Assembly (NCBI GenBank): GCA_963827805.1
Contig: CAWHCC010000002.1
Coordinates: forward strand, 338,261-402,260
Length of the DNA: 64,000 nt
DNA from: an uncultured Chloroflexia bacterium
GTDB lineage: Bacteria; Chloroflexota; Anaerolineae; Anaerolineales; UBA11858
Direction: 5' to 3'
Within the stretch, counting starts at the first letter, position 1. Every line of letters starts with the position of its first letter. This document shows positions 31,197 to 41,582 of the stretch, in pieces. Under the pieces are notes generated by a model. It ran no database searches. It was not told the origin of the DNA and saw only the letters and a list, made by a program, of their open reading frames with translations. Position numbers and translations under genes: made by a program.

Positions 31197-31952
31197 ATGA
31201 CCCGAAGTTATCTCCGAACATCAGAAATCGCCACAGCCGTAGGTGTGCATCCGAATACTGTCCGCCTGTATGAAGAGTGGAGTTTGCTTCCACCTATCCC
31301 ACGTACACCCAGTGGCTATCGAATGTTTAATGAATCTCATTTGGATCAAATGAGATTGGCGCGCTTGGCAATGAGCTTCACCTGGATGGGGGGCGCAATT
31401 CGCAAAACCGCTTATGAAATGGTCTATTGTGGCGCTGAAGATGATTTAGGTGGTGCATTAGAAGTTGCCTATCAATTGAGAGTGCTGATTTAGGCGGAAC
31501 AGGCACAAGCTGAAGCTGCAGCAGATTTCTTAGAAAATTGGGCCCAGGGTTCTGCGGTCGCCTCAAAAGCAAAACCGCGCAAGGTTGGGGAGGTAGCCCA
31601 ACTCCTCAACGTGACCACCGATCGGCTGCGCAACTGGGAGCGCAATGGCCTAATTGAAGTGCCCCGTAATCCGTTAAATGGTTACCGCATCTACCGGACA
31701 CGTGAAATTGGCCGCTTACGCGTCATTCGAACACTCAGCCAGGCGCGTTACAGCCAGATGGCCATCCTGCGCATGTTGATGCGCCTTGACCAGGGTGAAA
31801 CCAGCGATCTGCGGCAAGTGCTTGATACGCCTCGTGAAGATGAAGATGTATATTTTGCCACGGATCAGTTGCTTTCTACCCTGGCCGATCTCGAATTTAA
31901 ATCGCAGCAGATTATCGACTTTTTAGGGGAAACCATCTCGAAGAAAAACTAA
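31197..31952 (+). CDS. Dual-HTH MerR family regulator with in-frame TAG at 31491-31493
   Basis: HTH1 VGVHPNTVRLYE...SGYR; HTH2 EVAQLLNVTTDRLRNWERNG...NGYR; both in the same frame. Confidence 0.85.
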
Positions 31953-31956
31953 TACA

Positions 31957-32053
31957 CAACGCTCCAATTGCATACCAAGGTTCTAAATTAACCTCGTCCG
32001 TCGTCAACCATCGGAATTGCCAACCCTCCACTTATCCCCCAAGGTTGTACAAT
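31957..32053 (+). promoter_or_regulatory. Paired operator-like direct repeats and -10 element upstream of the ABC exporter
   Basis: 26-mers at 31957 and 32021, 19/26 identical; TACAAT at 32048-32053. Confidence 0.6.
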
Positions 32054-32084
32054 GAGTGTAGATTAAATTTTTACGAGGTGAGTT

Positions 32085-33083
32085 GTGTCTACCACCCAAA
32101 TATCTGTTCAAAATTTATCGAAAACTTATCGGGTGCCTGTGCGTGCGCAAGGATTGAGGGCCTCCCTCCAAAGCTTGGGGCGTCGAGAGTACCAGGAAGT
32201 TGCAGCTGTACAGGGCATCAGTTTCGACATCAAAGCTGGTGAAGTGATCGGGTTTATAGGTCCCAATGGGGCCGGTAAGACGACCACGCTCAAGATGCTC
32301 TCCGGGTTGCTGCACCCCACTTCTGGTCAAGCTACGGTTCTCGGTCAAATCCCCTGGCAGCGCCATCCCACTTACCTTTCCCAAATCAGTATGGTGTTGG
32401 GTAACAAAAGCCAGATGCTCTGGGATATTCCACCGTTAGATAGTTTCCGCGTTCTAGCCGAAATTTACCGAGTGTCTCCCGCTGACTACCAGCACACCCT
32501 TGCTGAGTTGATTGATTTGCTCGAAATGGAAACACTGCTTGCCAAACCAGTGCGCAACCTTTCTTTAGGTGAGCGGATGAAGTGTGAACTGGTTGCGGGG
32601 CTGCTTTACCATCCAAAAGTAATGTTTTTAGATGAACCCACCCTTGGGCTGGATGTTTCCATGCAGGGGCGGCTGCGACGTTTTTTCAAAGAATATAATC
32701 AGCGGCACGGTGTAACGATCATGTTGACCAGTCATTATATGGCTGATGTAACCGCACTTTGCTCGCGGGTAATCTTAATCCATCAGGGTGGACTGCTTTA
32801 TGATGGAGAATTACAAGGCCTGGCCTCCAAATTGGCACCGTTTAAGCTGATTCGCTTGGCCCTGCGAAGTGATCCTGCCAAACCTGCTCCTGAGAATTTG
32901 CTGCCCTTAGAAGCCGAAATTGTTGAGCAAAATATTGGCACCCTTACTCTGCGAGTTCCGCGAGGTGAAACTGCCTCCATAACGGCCCATCTCCTCAACA
33001 CCTTGCCTGTCGTCGATCTCTCCGTTGAAGATCCGCCGATCGAAGCCGTCATTGATCAGGTATACCAGGAAGCTGCTTTATGA
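32085..33083 (+). CDS. ABC exporter ATP-binding subunit
   Basis: GPNGAGKTT, LSLGERMK, FLDEPT, TSH. Confidence 0.96.
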   Translation: MSTTQISVQNLSKTYRVPVRAQGLRASLQSLGRREYQEVAAVQGISFDIKAGEVIGFIGPNGAGKTTTLKMLSGLLHPTSGQATVLGQIPWQRHPTYLSQISMVLGNKSQMLWDIPPLDSFRVLAEIYRVSPADYQHTLAELIDLLEMETLLAKPVRNLSLGERMKCELVAGLLYHPKVMFLDEPTLGLDVSMQGRLRRFFKEYNQRHGVTIMLTSHYMADVTALCSRVILIHQGGLLYDGELQGLASKLAPFKLIRLALRSDPAKPAPENLLPLEAEIVEQNIGTLTLRVPRGETASITAHLLNTLPVVDLSVEDPPIEAVIDQVYQEAAL

Positions 33084-33871
33084 ACCTGCGTGGCGGTTTT
33101 GCCCTCATCAGATCCACCTGGCTTTCTTGGATGCAGCACCGGGGATTTTTCTTCTTACTGGCTTTCGGTTGGATGATTCCCCCCTTGATATACCTCTTTG
33201 TGTGGTCTACAGCGGCGGGTGGTGAAACCATTGGTGGTCTGACGAGCGGAGAATTTGTGGCTTACTACTTGATTTTGGTAGTGGTTAACCAGTTGACCTA
33301 TGCCCAAACAAATTGGACTGTTGGCGACGAAATCCGCTATGGCAACTTGAGCACCTGGTTATTGCGACCGATGTCGCCGATTTTCAATGTGTTATCAACT
33401 GAGCTAGCCGGCAAGGTGGTATACATGACTTTCACAATTCCGGTTGCACTGCTCCTGACCCTACTCCTCAAACCAAATTTTACGTTTACGTTCCAGAACG
33501 GCTTGCTCTTTTTTCCTGCATTAATTTTTGCCTGGACACTGCGTTTCTTTTGGGGTTACTGGCTGGCTCTCCTGGCTTTCTGGACTACCCGGGCTGATGG
33601 ATTGTTAGCTTTACAAGATTCGCTCATTTTTTTGTTGGGTGGGCAGGTTGCGCCGACCCGTCTGCTGCCCCCGCTGATCCAGATGCTTGCGACGGCGCTG
33701 CCTTTCCGCTATATGGCGGCTTTCCCGGTTGAAATACTCACCGGGCAGTTAACACAGCCCGAAATCGTGACTGGCTTTCACTTCCAAGCTTTCTGGATGT
33801 CGGCCGCCATTGTTCTATATACGCTGTTGTGGCATAAAGGTGTGCGCCGATACGCGGCGGTCGGTGGCTAA
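33080..33871 (+). CDS. ABC-2 family permease (DUF990-like)
   Basis: About 6 TMs; IRYGNLSTWLLRP; LPF. Confidence 0.9.
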   Translation: MNLRGGFALIRSTWLSWMQHRGFFFLLAFGWMIPPLIYLFVWSTAAGGETIGGLTSGEFVAYYLILVVVNQLTYAQTNWTVGDEIRYGNLSTWLLRPMSPIFNVLSTELAGKVVYMTFTIPVALLLTLLLKPNFTFTFQNGLLFFPALIFAWTLRFFWGYWLALLAFWTTRADGLLALQDSLIFLLGGQVAPTRLLPPLIQMLATALPFRYMAAFPVEILTGQLTQPEIVTGFHFQAFWMSAAIVLYTLLWHKGVRRYAAVGG

Positions 33872-33907
33872 TAAAAAAAATAATGTTTTGCACATTTTCA
33901 TTTGGTA

Positions 33908-33997
33908 AACGCGCATGGCGCGGATGGACGAGTGATGCTAATTTTTTTTTTTACCTAAAAGCTTTCGCGTCATTCGTTTATTCATGGAATTCGCGTT
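33908..33997. repeat. Degenerate palindromic repeat between the two permease genes
   Basis: AACGCGCATGGCGCGGATG ... TTCGCGTCATTCG...ATTCGCGTT. Confidence 0.5.
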
Positions 33998-34015
33998 GAA
34001 ATTTAGGAGTTCACT

Positions 34016-34807
34016 TTGTATTACCTTCGACTTATTCGCAGCTTTTTCCGGACCTCCGTTCAAGAGGAAATGGCTCATCGGTCAAATTTCTGGATTAGCC
34101 TGCTCCATTCCACACTCAATCTAGCTACTGGGGTTTTAGGGGTGGTAGTTCTTTTTGGACAAGTCGAATCTATAAATGGTTGGGATTTTGCTTCCACACT
34201 CGCAATTTTAGGCGTGTATCTGACAGTTAGCGCCCTGCGAGGTCTATTTATCAGTCCTAGCCTGGACGCGTTAGCGGGGATGGATGGCGAAGTCTGGACT
34301 GGTAAGTTCGATTTTACCCTACTGCGCCCTGTCGATGTACAGTTCTTAGCCAGCTTTCGGCATTGGCGACCTTTTAGATTTTTTGATCTTGCTCTCGGTC
34401 TGAGTGTGCTCGTGGTTTCTGGTTTACGCTTGGGAGCAACTTTGACATTATCCGATTTATTGGCCTTCCTATCGGCATTATTAATCGGAATGCTAATTAT
34501 GTATGCTATCCTACTGATCTTTACTGGGCTGGTTTTCTGGAGTCCTGGATTTCTGTTTACCTGGGTTTTTGATGGCATCTTTCAAATGGCGCGTTATCCG
34601 GTAGGCATCTATCCCCATTGGGTGCAACTGATCCTGACCTGGATTGTCCCTGTGGGATTAATTACCACTGTCCCAGCGCAAGCCCTCATAGGAAATCAGT
34701 CGGTGGGAAATTTTGGATTGGCTGCCTTGATTGCTTCTGCTTTGCTATTTGCCGCAACGCGGGTGTTCCGGTCTGGATTGCGCCACTATAACAGTGCGTC
34801 ATCGTAA
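34016..34807 (+). CDS. ABC-2 family permease (DUF990-like)
   Basis: GKFDFTLLRP, RYPVGIYP, YNSASS C-terminus. Confidence 0.9.
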   Translation: MYYLRLIRSFFRTSVQEEMAHRSNFWISLLHSTLNLATGVLGVVVLFGQVESINGWDFASTLAILGVYLTVSALRGLFISPSLDALAGMDGEVWTGKFDFTLLRPVDVQFLASFRHWRPFRFFDLALGLSVLVVSGLRLGATLTLSDLLAFLSALLIGMLIMYAILLIFTGLVFWSPGFLFTWVFDGIFQMARYPVGIYPHWVQLILTWIVPVGLITTVPAQALIGNQSVGNFGLAALIASALLFAATRVFRSGLRHYNSASS

Positions 34808-34830
34808 TTGAAATGTAATTCAAAATGAAA

Positions 34831-34859
34831 ACCTCCCCGATTGTAGTTGCCGGGGAGGT
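34831..34859. terminator. Hairpin between convergent genes
   Basis: ACCTCCCCG/CGGGGAGGT 9-bp stem. Confidence 0.6.
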
Positions 34860-34888
34860 CTGATTGTTTTGTTGATCCAAAAGGTTTG

Positions 34889-35620
34889 CTAACTTCTGGT
34901 TTGACTATAAAGATTCCATAATTTACCCAAAACTGAATGCAGGCGTTCAGAAAGGGTTTCCCCTCGAGGCGTTGTCACATCATCCTCATTGTTAAAGACA
35001 ATATAAGGAACCTGTGAACCTTGAATTTCAATAAAATCTGGGTGATTTTTGATGATTTCATCCCAATCAACGAATTTATAGAGTTCGCTCCAATTTTTCA
35101 TCCGACAATCCATGCTCAAGGATGCTGTCTGGCCGGTCTGGGTTGAAACGGACTCGATTTTTCCGCAAAGATTTTTCCCACGGAACGTCAATATAAAGGA
35201 TCGCCATCTTTTGGATTACTTCCTGGCTCAAGTGTTGAAAGGCCCGAGAAAAACCACCGTGTTCCGTTCCGCGCGGAAATTCTATGATGGTAGTTTTTTG
35301 TTGGTGATAATCTGGTTCGTCACGCAGTTTTTTGTGATATTCGAGGCAAATCCGTTCAATTAATAAATCCCACATATGGTGGCCAATGAATTTTTGATTT
35401 GGGTCAGTGTGTAAACGCGGGTAGCCAAGGCGAGTTAGAATTTCATCCTCTTCGAACCAGGTCCAGAGCATTGGAAAATCATCAATTTCTTCGAACTCAC
35501 CAATATGATATTGTTGAATACGCGTGCTTAAATCAGTGTTTTTAAATGAGCGATGATTTCGCTCTTCCCCGCTGCGGGTCGAGCGATAAGCAAAACGATA
35601 TCAAATGTATTCTTTTCCAT
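34889..35620 (-). CDS. Uncharacterised P-loop kinase-like protein; frameshifts near 35545 and 35085
   Basis: MEKNTFDIVLLIARPAAGKSE Walker A; TIIEF; AILYIDV...RN..R lid-like segment. Confidence 0.72.
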
Positions 35621-35632
35621 TGGCCTGAGTGG

Positions 35633-37303
35633 CTACTCCAGAGTAACTTCCTTATGAATGGAACCAGCTCGTTCGCTTGTGACGTGAATTTTGATGGAAG
35701 TCCCAGCGGAAGCTCTTAGTGTCCATTCCAGGCGGGCGCGATTGTCAGTGGGCGTGGCCTGCATGAAAGTTTGTCCTAACTTATTACTTCGGCCTTCCAA
35801 ATGTCCAAAAGTGGCTTTTGCACGGCCAACTATGATCTCAGCGTCTGTTGGAACTTCTAACTCAACGCGCACTTCTCGCATAACATTGCGCTTCTTGCCA
35901 TTATTGCTGGTATAGGTGGGGAAGAAACCGTTATTATCAACGACCAGATTGATGGTAAAAGTCTCCTCATTTATCTTGCTAACATCCAAAGTATGAACTT
36001 CCAAATGCGGGAGCATTTGCCCCAGAGCAAGTGCAAATGGAACGTTGCGTTTGGATTCTTCGCCCATAAAATGATGCGGCGGATTGCGCCAAGTGTACAT
36101 ATTATTCCAACCACCAATTTCAACCTGACCGAGTTGGGGATGCTCGAACGGATACCATTCCACATAGGCACCTTCACCCGCATTCTCGTCAGCCCACTGC
36201 AAGATTTTGAGATCATCTTCATGGGGGTGGTCGCGCATCCATTCGATAAATTTGCGATCTTCGATTCCTGCTCGACCAACGATATCCCACTGCTCGACGG
36301 TGAACGCAAATATCCCGAGGTGGTTGTACATCCAATCATCGAAAACTCCGGAGATCACCTGTTTTGGATGATAGCGGAAGTCGTGGTAAACGCTGACATT
36401 GGGATACCCTGTCAAAGCTGTTCCGCGTTTGCCGAGGGCTTTGTACGTCCAAAGATCATTTGCATCCATGTCATCGTCCGAGTGGATGCAGGGAGGCCGC
36501 AGGATAACACCGCTGTATGTATGATAGGTGATGCCGGCGTTGATATTTGGATGGTTGGTTATAAAATCGACCAGGGCTTTAATTTCAATTTCCGAGGCAG
36601 GGTATGGGCCGGCCCCTCCCTGATCGGATTCTGGGCGCCATTCAACTGGAAAATTACGATTGAAATCTAAGCCGCGGTGGGTTCGTGCAATTTTTATTTG
36701 GTAGCCATCATAATTTTCAAGATAGCCTTCGGGGAGCAGGCGGTAATATTGCCCGCCATGTTCATCCATTTCACGTCGTTCCAGCAGCCGTGGATCGAGG
36801 CTGCTGACCTTCCAATCTCCATTGGGGTCGGGAATCCGCATGGTCAGAATCCGGCCATCCTCGTCAATATCCTGGCTGTGTAAGCCCTCAGCTTTTTCCT
36901 CCCAAGGATACGGACGCACCCCAGAGCGCACATACTGGGGAATATCTGCCATGGCTAATTCAGCACCATCAGGATTGACGCGTGGTACCACATAATAAAC
37001 ACTGGTATCCAGCAGCCGTGTGATATTTTCATTTGTGCCGTATTCGCTCAGCAAGGTGTAAATCAAACGCATTGAGGTTGTCGTCCCAGCGATTTCGGTC
37101 GCATGGATATTTGCATCGATCCAGACAGCGGGCTTTTCGATATCGGGTCCGGTCTTCTGGTTTGTGACCTTCAAAAGCCAGATTGAACGTCCCTCGAAGG
37201 ATTTGCCGATCACCTCAACGTGGATCAAATCTGGATGAGCGGTGATCCACTCATTGAGGGTATCCTCAAGTTCGGTGTTGGTGAAATAACGATTGAAATC
37301 CAT
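35633..37303 (-). CDS. M14 zinc carboxypeptidase
   Basis: HATE, NPDG, DFNRNF, YHTYSG; AAGGAG SD before ATG 37303. Confidence 0.93.
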   Translation of the reverse strand: MDFNRYFTNTELEDTLNEWITAHPDLIHVEVIGKSFEGRSIWLLKVTNQKTGPDIEKPAVWIDANIHATEIAGTTTSMRLIYTLLSEYGTNENITRLLDTSVYYVVPRVNPDGAELAMADIPQYVRSGVRPYPWEEKAEGLHSQDIDEDGRILTMRIPDPNGDWKVSSLDPRLLERREMDEHGGQYYRLLPEGYLENYDGYQIKIARTHRGLDFNRNFPVEWRPESDQGGAGPYPASEIEIKALVDFITNHPNINAGITYHTYSGVILRPPCIHSDDDMDANDLWTYKALGKRGTALTGYPNVSVYHDFRYHPKQVISGVFDDWMYNHLGIFAFTVEQWDIVGRAGIEDRKFIEWMRDHPHEDDLKILQWADENAGEGAYVEWYPFEHPQLGQVEIGGWNNMYTWRNPPHHFMGEESKRNVPFALALGQMLPHLEVHTLDVSKINEETFTINLVVDNNGFFPTYTSNNGKKRNVMREVRVELEVPTDAEIIVGRAKATFGHLEGRSNKLGQTFMQATPTDNRARLEWTLRASAGTSIKIHVTSERAGSIHKEVTLE

Positions 37304-37373
37304 GAATTGCTGTCTCCTTTTATGCGGAAAAAGCCAAAACACCGCGCCGTCGCTTGCGGTGGGGTATTTTCAT

Positions 37374-38372
37374 CTACCAGGCGTACGCCATGGGCGCTTC
37401 ACCGCCAGGGCCAGGGAAAATTCCGTCTAGTTTTTGTAAGGTTTCTTCATCCAATTCAATTGCCGCGGCCCGAACAGCACTTTCGAGTTGCTCTAAGGTG
37501 CGCGGTCCGATGATGGGTGCCGTGACGATAGGGTTGTGCAGCAACCAGGCTAAAGCAACCTCGCCTGGTGGATGACCGATTTCACGGCATAGATTTTCGT
37601 ATTTTTCGAGCTTTTCTCGATTCTCCTCGACCCGTTTGGAGAAGTCAGCACCCTTACGGCGGCCGGTGTTAAATTTTTCTAGTGCGCCGCCCAGCAGACC
37701 ACCATCCAGTGGGCTCCAAGGGATCAAGCCCAATCCGTAATGACGACATGCGGGAATAACTTCAAGTTCAAGCATGCGGTTGTTTAGATGGTAAATACTT
37801 TGCTCGCTGACCAGCCCCATTAGGCCTCGCTTTGACGCTTCTTGACAAGCGGTAGCGATATCCCACCCCGCAAAATTACTGGAACCAACATAAACCACCT
37901 TACCTTGTTTAACCAGCGCATCAAACGCTTGCCAGGTTTCATCCCAAGGACATTCGCGGTCAATATGGTGCATTTGATAAAGATCAATCCACTCAGTTTG
38001 CAGGCGTTTCAAGCTGCCCTCCGCATGCTTGCGTATTTTGAAGGCTGATAAACTGCGCCCGTCACTATTGACCTCGGCTAGATTGGCTTTACGGTCAACA
38101 GGGTTATAAACTTTAGTTGCTAGGACAACCGCATCTCGCCTACCCCCGCCTTGGGCCAACCAGCGGCCGATGATTTCCTCGGTCAAGCCGTGTTCAACCG
38201 CCCACCCATAAACGTCAGCGGTGTCAAAGAAGTTAATGCCCAACTCCAACGCGCGATCCATGATTGCAAAGCTATCTTCTTCAGATGTATGCCAGCCAAA
38301 GTTCATTGTGCCTAAACAGATATTACTGACCAACACACCATGTTTCCCTAATCTTTTGTTTATGATTGACAT
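37374..38372 (-). CDS. Aldo/keto reductase
   Basis: LGTMNFG, FDTADVYG, LATK, DLYQMH, PWSPL, IIGPR. Confidence 0.96.
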   Translation of the reverse strand: MSIINKRLGKHGVLVSNICLGTMNFGWHTSEEDSFAIMDRALELGINFFDTADVYGWAVEHGLTEEIIGRWLAQGGGRRDAVVLATKVYNPVDRKANLAEVNSDGRSLSAFKIRKHAEGSLKRLQTEWIDLYQMHHIDRECPWDETWQAFDALVKQGKVVYVGSSNFAGWDIATACQEASKRGLMGLVSEQSIYHLNNRMLELEVIPACRHYGLGLIPWSPLDGGLLGGALEKFNTGRRKGADFSKRVEENREKLEKYENLCREIGHPPGEVALAWLLHNPIVTAPIIGPRTLEQLESAVRAAAIELDEETLQKLDGIFPGPGGEAPMAYAW

Positions 38373-38674
38373 AAAATTCTCCTTATTGATAATAAATCAG
38401 TTTCTATCCGGAAAATGATCCGGTGATGTTGGTCGCCCCCGACCGACGTCATCATAAAAATTATTTTTGGATGGGGTCTAATAAGTTTTGCAGGTTAAGA
38501 TTTATATGTATTGCGGTTGGTTACCCTAGAAAAAATATTTAATACAGCAAAACCTAGATGAATGCCGTAAGTTCGCTAAACCTTTGTGAGTATAGCATAA
38601 AACTCCTCCTATTTCTTCGGGCTACCGCGATTATTTTTAAGGCAGTTGGGTATGTAAAATATGAGTCGTTGGTT

Positions 38675-40135
38675 CTACCGACGCTTGCGGCCTTTTCTTG
38701 TTTTATTTGACCGGGAACGCCCGCTCGATTTTTTCGATTTGGACGGTTTGCCCACTGGAGGAAGTTCAGGCGGTTTGTGCATCCATACATGATAGGTATC
38801 ATCGAGCAGCATAGTCAATAGGTTGAGACCGTCTTCGTCTTCAGCTAATTGCTGCGCCAGCGGAGCAAAGCGACGCATACGTTCGATTTGCAGCCTGTCC
38901 CGCTTGCGCAAGCGCCCTTCAAGTTGTCCAATCAGGCGTTGCCCGACCAAATTCTCGACATCCTCATTTTGTGGTAAGGGGCGTTCTTCAATCTCAATAT
39001 TGTAATGCGCTCCAATACGGGTGAGCTGCCGTTTTTCATTGGCATTGATTAGTAAGATAGCAGTGCCAGTAGCACCAGCCCTTCCCGTGCGCCCCGCCCG
39101 GTGGATATAGGATTTTAAATCATCCGGAGGTTCATATTGAATCACGTGCGATAAATCGGGGATGTCGATGCCACGCGCAGCCACATCGGTTGCAACCATA
39201 AACCGTAATTTGCCATCTCGAAAGCGTTGGATAACTTTTTCGCGCGCACTCTGTGAAAGATCCGAGCTGATCTCGTCAGCGTTATAACCAAAACGCTGCA
39301 AGACTGTCGCCACATATTCCACACGTGCCTTAGTGTTGCAAAAAATTATTGCCTGTCCGGGCAATTCCATTTCGATGATGCGGATCAACGAGCGATCTTT
39401 GTCCATCCCAGGGGTGAGGTAGTAAACGTGTTCGGTATCCTCAACGTGAACTGTGTCGCGGCTCAAACTGAGAAAGCCCGGCTTGTTGAGGAACTGGTTT
39501 GCGAGGCGCATTACATGGATGGGGATGGTGGCCGAAAACATATAGCCATTTACAGAGTGTTCTGGTAAAAACTCTTGGACTTGCACCATATCGGGATAAA
39601 AACCCATCGACATCATGCGATCAGCTTCATCATAAACCAGAATCTGTAAATTCCTTAAAAATAGATTGCGCTTGATCAGGTGATCTAACACCCGGCCTGG
39701 GGTGCCGACCACCAGATGAGCCCCCTCTTTAAAAGCATCAATTTGGGGTTTATAACTGGTACCACCATAAACAGCAACGGTGCGGACTCCGCTATCACCT
39801 AATAAAACCTTGGCTTCTTCTGAAACTTGTCGGGCCAATTCTCGAGTGGGGACCAAAACTAAAGCCTGACAGTTATTTCTGGTCGGATCAATTCGATCTA
39901 ACATCGGCAGCACGAAGGCTCCCGTCTTCCCGCTACCAGTCCGAGCCTGGACCATCAGGTCGCGCTTGGCATGAATATAGGGTATGGCGCGAGTTTGGAC
40001 GGGTGATAATTCTGTCCATCCAGCCCGATTTACCGCCGCCTTTATAGCGTCGGAGAGGTTATCGAGTGCTACTGGCGGGAGTGCATCTTGTGGTTCCAAT
40101 AATTCGTTTTGCGAATTGTCGATTTTATTTTTCAT
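38675..40135 (-). CDS. DEAD-box RNA helicase
   Basis: Q motif, TGSGKT, PTRELA, TPGR, DEAD, SAT, ARGID, HRAGRTGR; start uncertain (40135 or 40171). Confidence 0.96.
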   Translation of the reverse strand: MKNKIDNSQNELLEPQDALPPVALDNLSDAIKAAVNRAGWTELSPVQTRAIPYIHAKRDLMVQARTGSGKTGAFVLPMLDRIDPTRNNCQALVLVPTRELARQVSEEAKVLLGDSGVRTVAVYGGTSYKPQIDAFKEGAHLVVGTPGRVLDHLIKRNLFLRNLQILVYDEADRMMSMGFYPDMVQVQEFLPEHSVNGYMFSATIPIHVMRLANQFLNKPGFLSLSRDTVHVEDTEHVYYLTPGMDKDRSLIRIIEMELPGQAIIFCNTKARVEYVATVLQRFGYNADEISSDLSQSAREKVIQRFRDGKLRFMVATDVAARGIDIPDLSHVIQYEPPDDLKSYIHRAGRTGRAGATGTAILLINANEKRQLTRIGAHYNIEIEERPLPQNEDVENLVGQRLIGQLEGRLRKRDRLQIERMRRFAPLAQQLAEDEDGLNLLTMLLDDTYHVWMHKPPELPPVGKPSKSKKSSGRSRSNKTRKGRKRR

Positions 40136-40251
40136 TTTGGTTTTTTCCAAAGAGATTTGCCCACCCATCAATGCTCTGCTGGTTCCTTTTCTATATTATA
40201 AGGGAAGGATAGTGAATTCGGATTATTGATTGTTTTTTTTTGTTGGTAGCT

Positions 40252-41490
40252 TCAATCCTTTGGGTTGTTGGTGGGTAACAAAATTGTAAATGCGCTGCCC
40301 TCACCGAGACTGCTTTCCACCCAGATCTGGCCGCCATGAGATTCTACGATTGCCTTTGTGACCGATAACCCCAATCCCATACCCCCACGGGTGCGAGTCA
40401 GGTGGGCTTCGACTTGATAAAAACGCTCAAAGATTTGCTGCAAATCTTCCACAGGAATCCCAATCCCAGTATCAACCACTGAAATATGAGCGTGACCTGG
40501 GATTTTATGTAAACTCAATTGCACATTCTGGCTTTCATCCGAAAAAACCAAACCGTTTTTGATTACATTACCAATTGCAACTCCCAATTTGGCCGCATCA
40601 CAGTAGATATAAATTGGATTTTTTGGGATTGTATATCCTAGTTTGATACCCCGCTCTTGGGCTTCATCTTGAAAAGTAGCCATGATGGTTTTCAACATTA
40701 TATTTAACTCAGTTTTTTGCCAACGGATGCGTGCGGTTCCCGCCTCAAAATTTTCTACCTGGTTCAACCTATCGATGATTACCTTTAATCTTTCTGCATT
40801 TTTGATAACAATGTCTAACTGGTCTTGGTGGAAAGGTTCTTTTATTAGCTCTCTTAAAAAAGTTGAATGACCTAAAATTAGCCCTAAAGGGGTCCGTAGT
40901 TCATGAGATGTAATCGCTATAAAATCAGATTTTTGTTTCTCGAGATCATCGCGTGCCAGAGAAACATCATCGGCATTTGCTATTAAAGTGTTCAGCTTTA
41001 TTTTAGTGGCAGCATAAGATGCCAGGATCTCGAGCGTAGATTGGTCCTCAAGGGTGTAATCTTGTTCATCAAATTTGTTAATAACTTCGAGGGTACCGAG
41101 GGTCTCATCCCCAAACAAGATTGGCAGCGCTAAAAGATTTCGGGTTGTTAGGGAGATAGATTGTTCTACCGTCCGAAAGATGAGTGGATCAATTTTGGCG
41201 TTCGGAATTTTCAGCGGAGTACCTTGATCGTACACCCAGCCGGCAACACTTTTTTCAATTGGGACCCTGATCTCCATGAGATGATCACGATCATCCGCTC
41301 GAGCGGCAGCAAAATATAATTGTTGGGTTTCCTCCTCGAACAAAAGGATTGAACTTCCTTCGCTTTGAGTAAATTCAGCCGCGGCATCCGCAATAATTTG
41401 CAATATTTCCTTCAAATCTACAATATGATTAAGGCGGCTGCTAATTTTTCGTAAGGTTTCCACCCGAGTTTGATCCATACCCTTTGACAT
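40252..41490 (-). CDS. GAF-domain cytoplasmic sensor histidine kinase
   Basis: GAF (SVAGWV...LGTLEVINK), HELRTPL, GMGLGL. Confidence 0.94.
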   Translation of the reverse strand: MSKGMDQTRVETLRKISSRLNHIVDLKEILQIIADAAAEFTQSEGSSILLFEEETQQLYFAAARADDRDHLMEIRVPIEKSVAGWVYDQGTPLKIPNAKIDPLIFRTVEQSISLTTRNLLALPILFGDETLGTLEVINKFDEQDYTLEDQSTLEILASYAATKIKLNTLIANADDVSLARDDLEKQKSDFIAITSHELRTPLGLILGHSTFLRELIKEPFHQDQLDIVIKNAERLKVIIDRLNQVENFEAGTARIRWQKTELNIMLKTIMATFQDEAQERGIKLGYTIPKNPIYIYCDAAKLGVAIGNVIKNGLVFSDESQNVQLSLHKIPGHAHISVVDTGIGIPVEDLQQIFERFYQVEAHLTRTRGGMGLGLSVTKAIVESHGGQIWVESSLGEGSAFTILLPTNNPKD

Positions 41491-41582
41491 TTTGCGGACT
41501 CACTTGTTCGAATTTGTGAAATTATAGCATAACGAATTCCAAGCGGTAAAATATGGAAAGATAACGGATTGGAGAAATATCT

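Noticed and set aside
35993-36670. 225-aa antisense ORF and other ORFs overlapping known genes
   Set aside because: Shadow frames of conserved genes with no motifs or SD.
41514-41532. Rex site upstream of the alcohol dehydrogenase (TTGTGAAATTATAGCATAA)
   Set aside because: Right half-site is poor and mis-spaced; better explained as the TGCTATAAT promoter of the divergent kinase.
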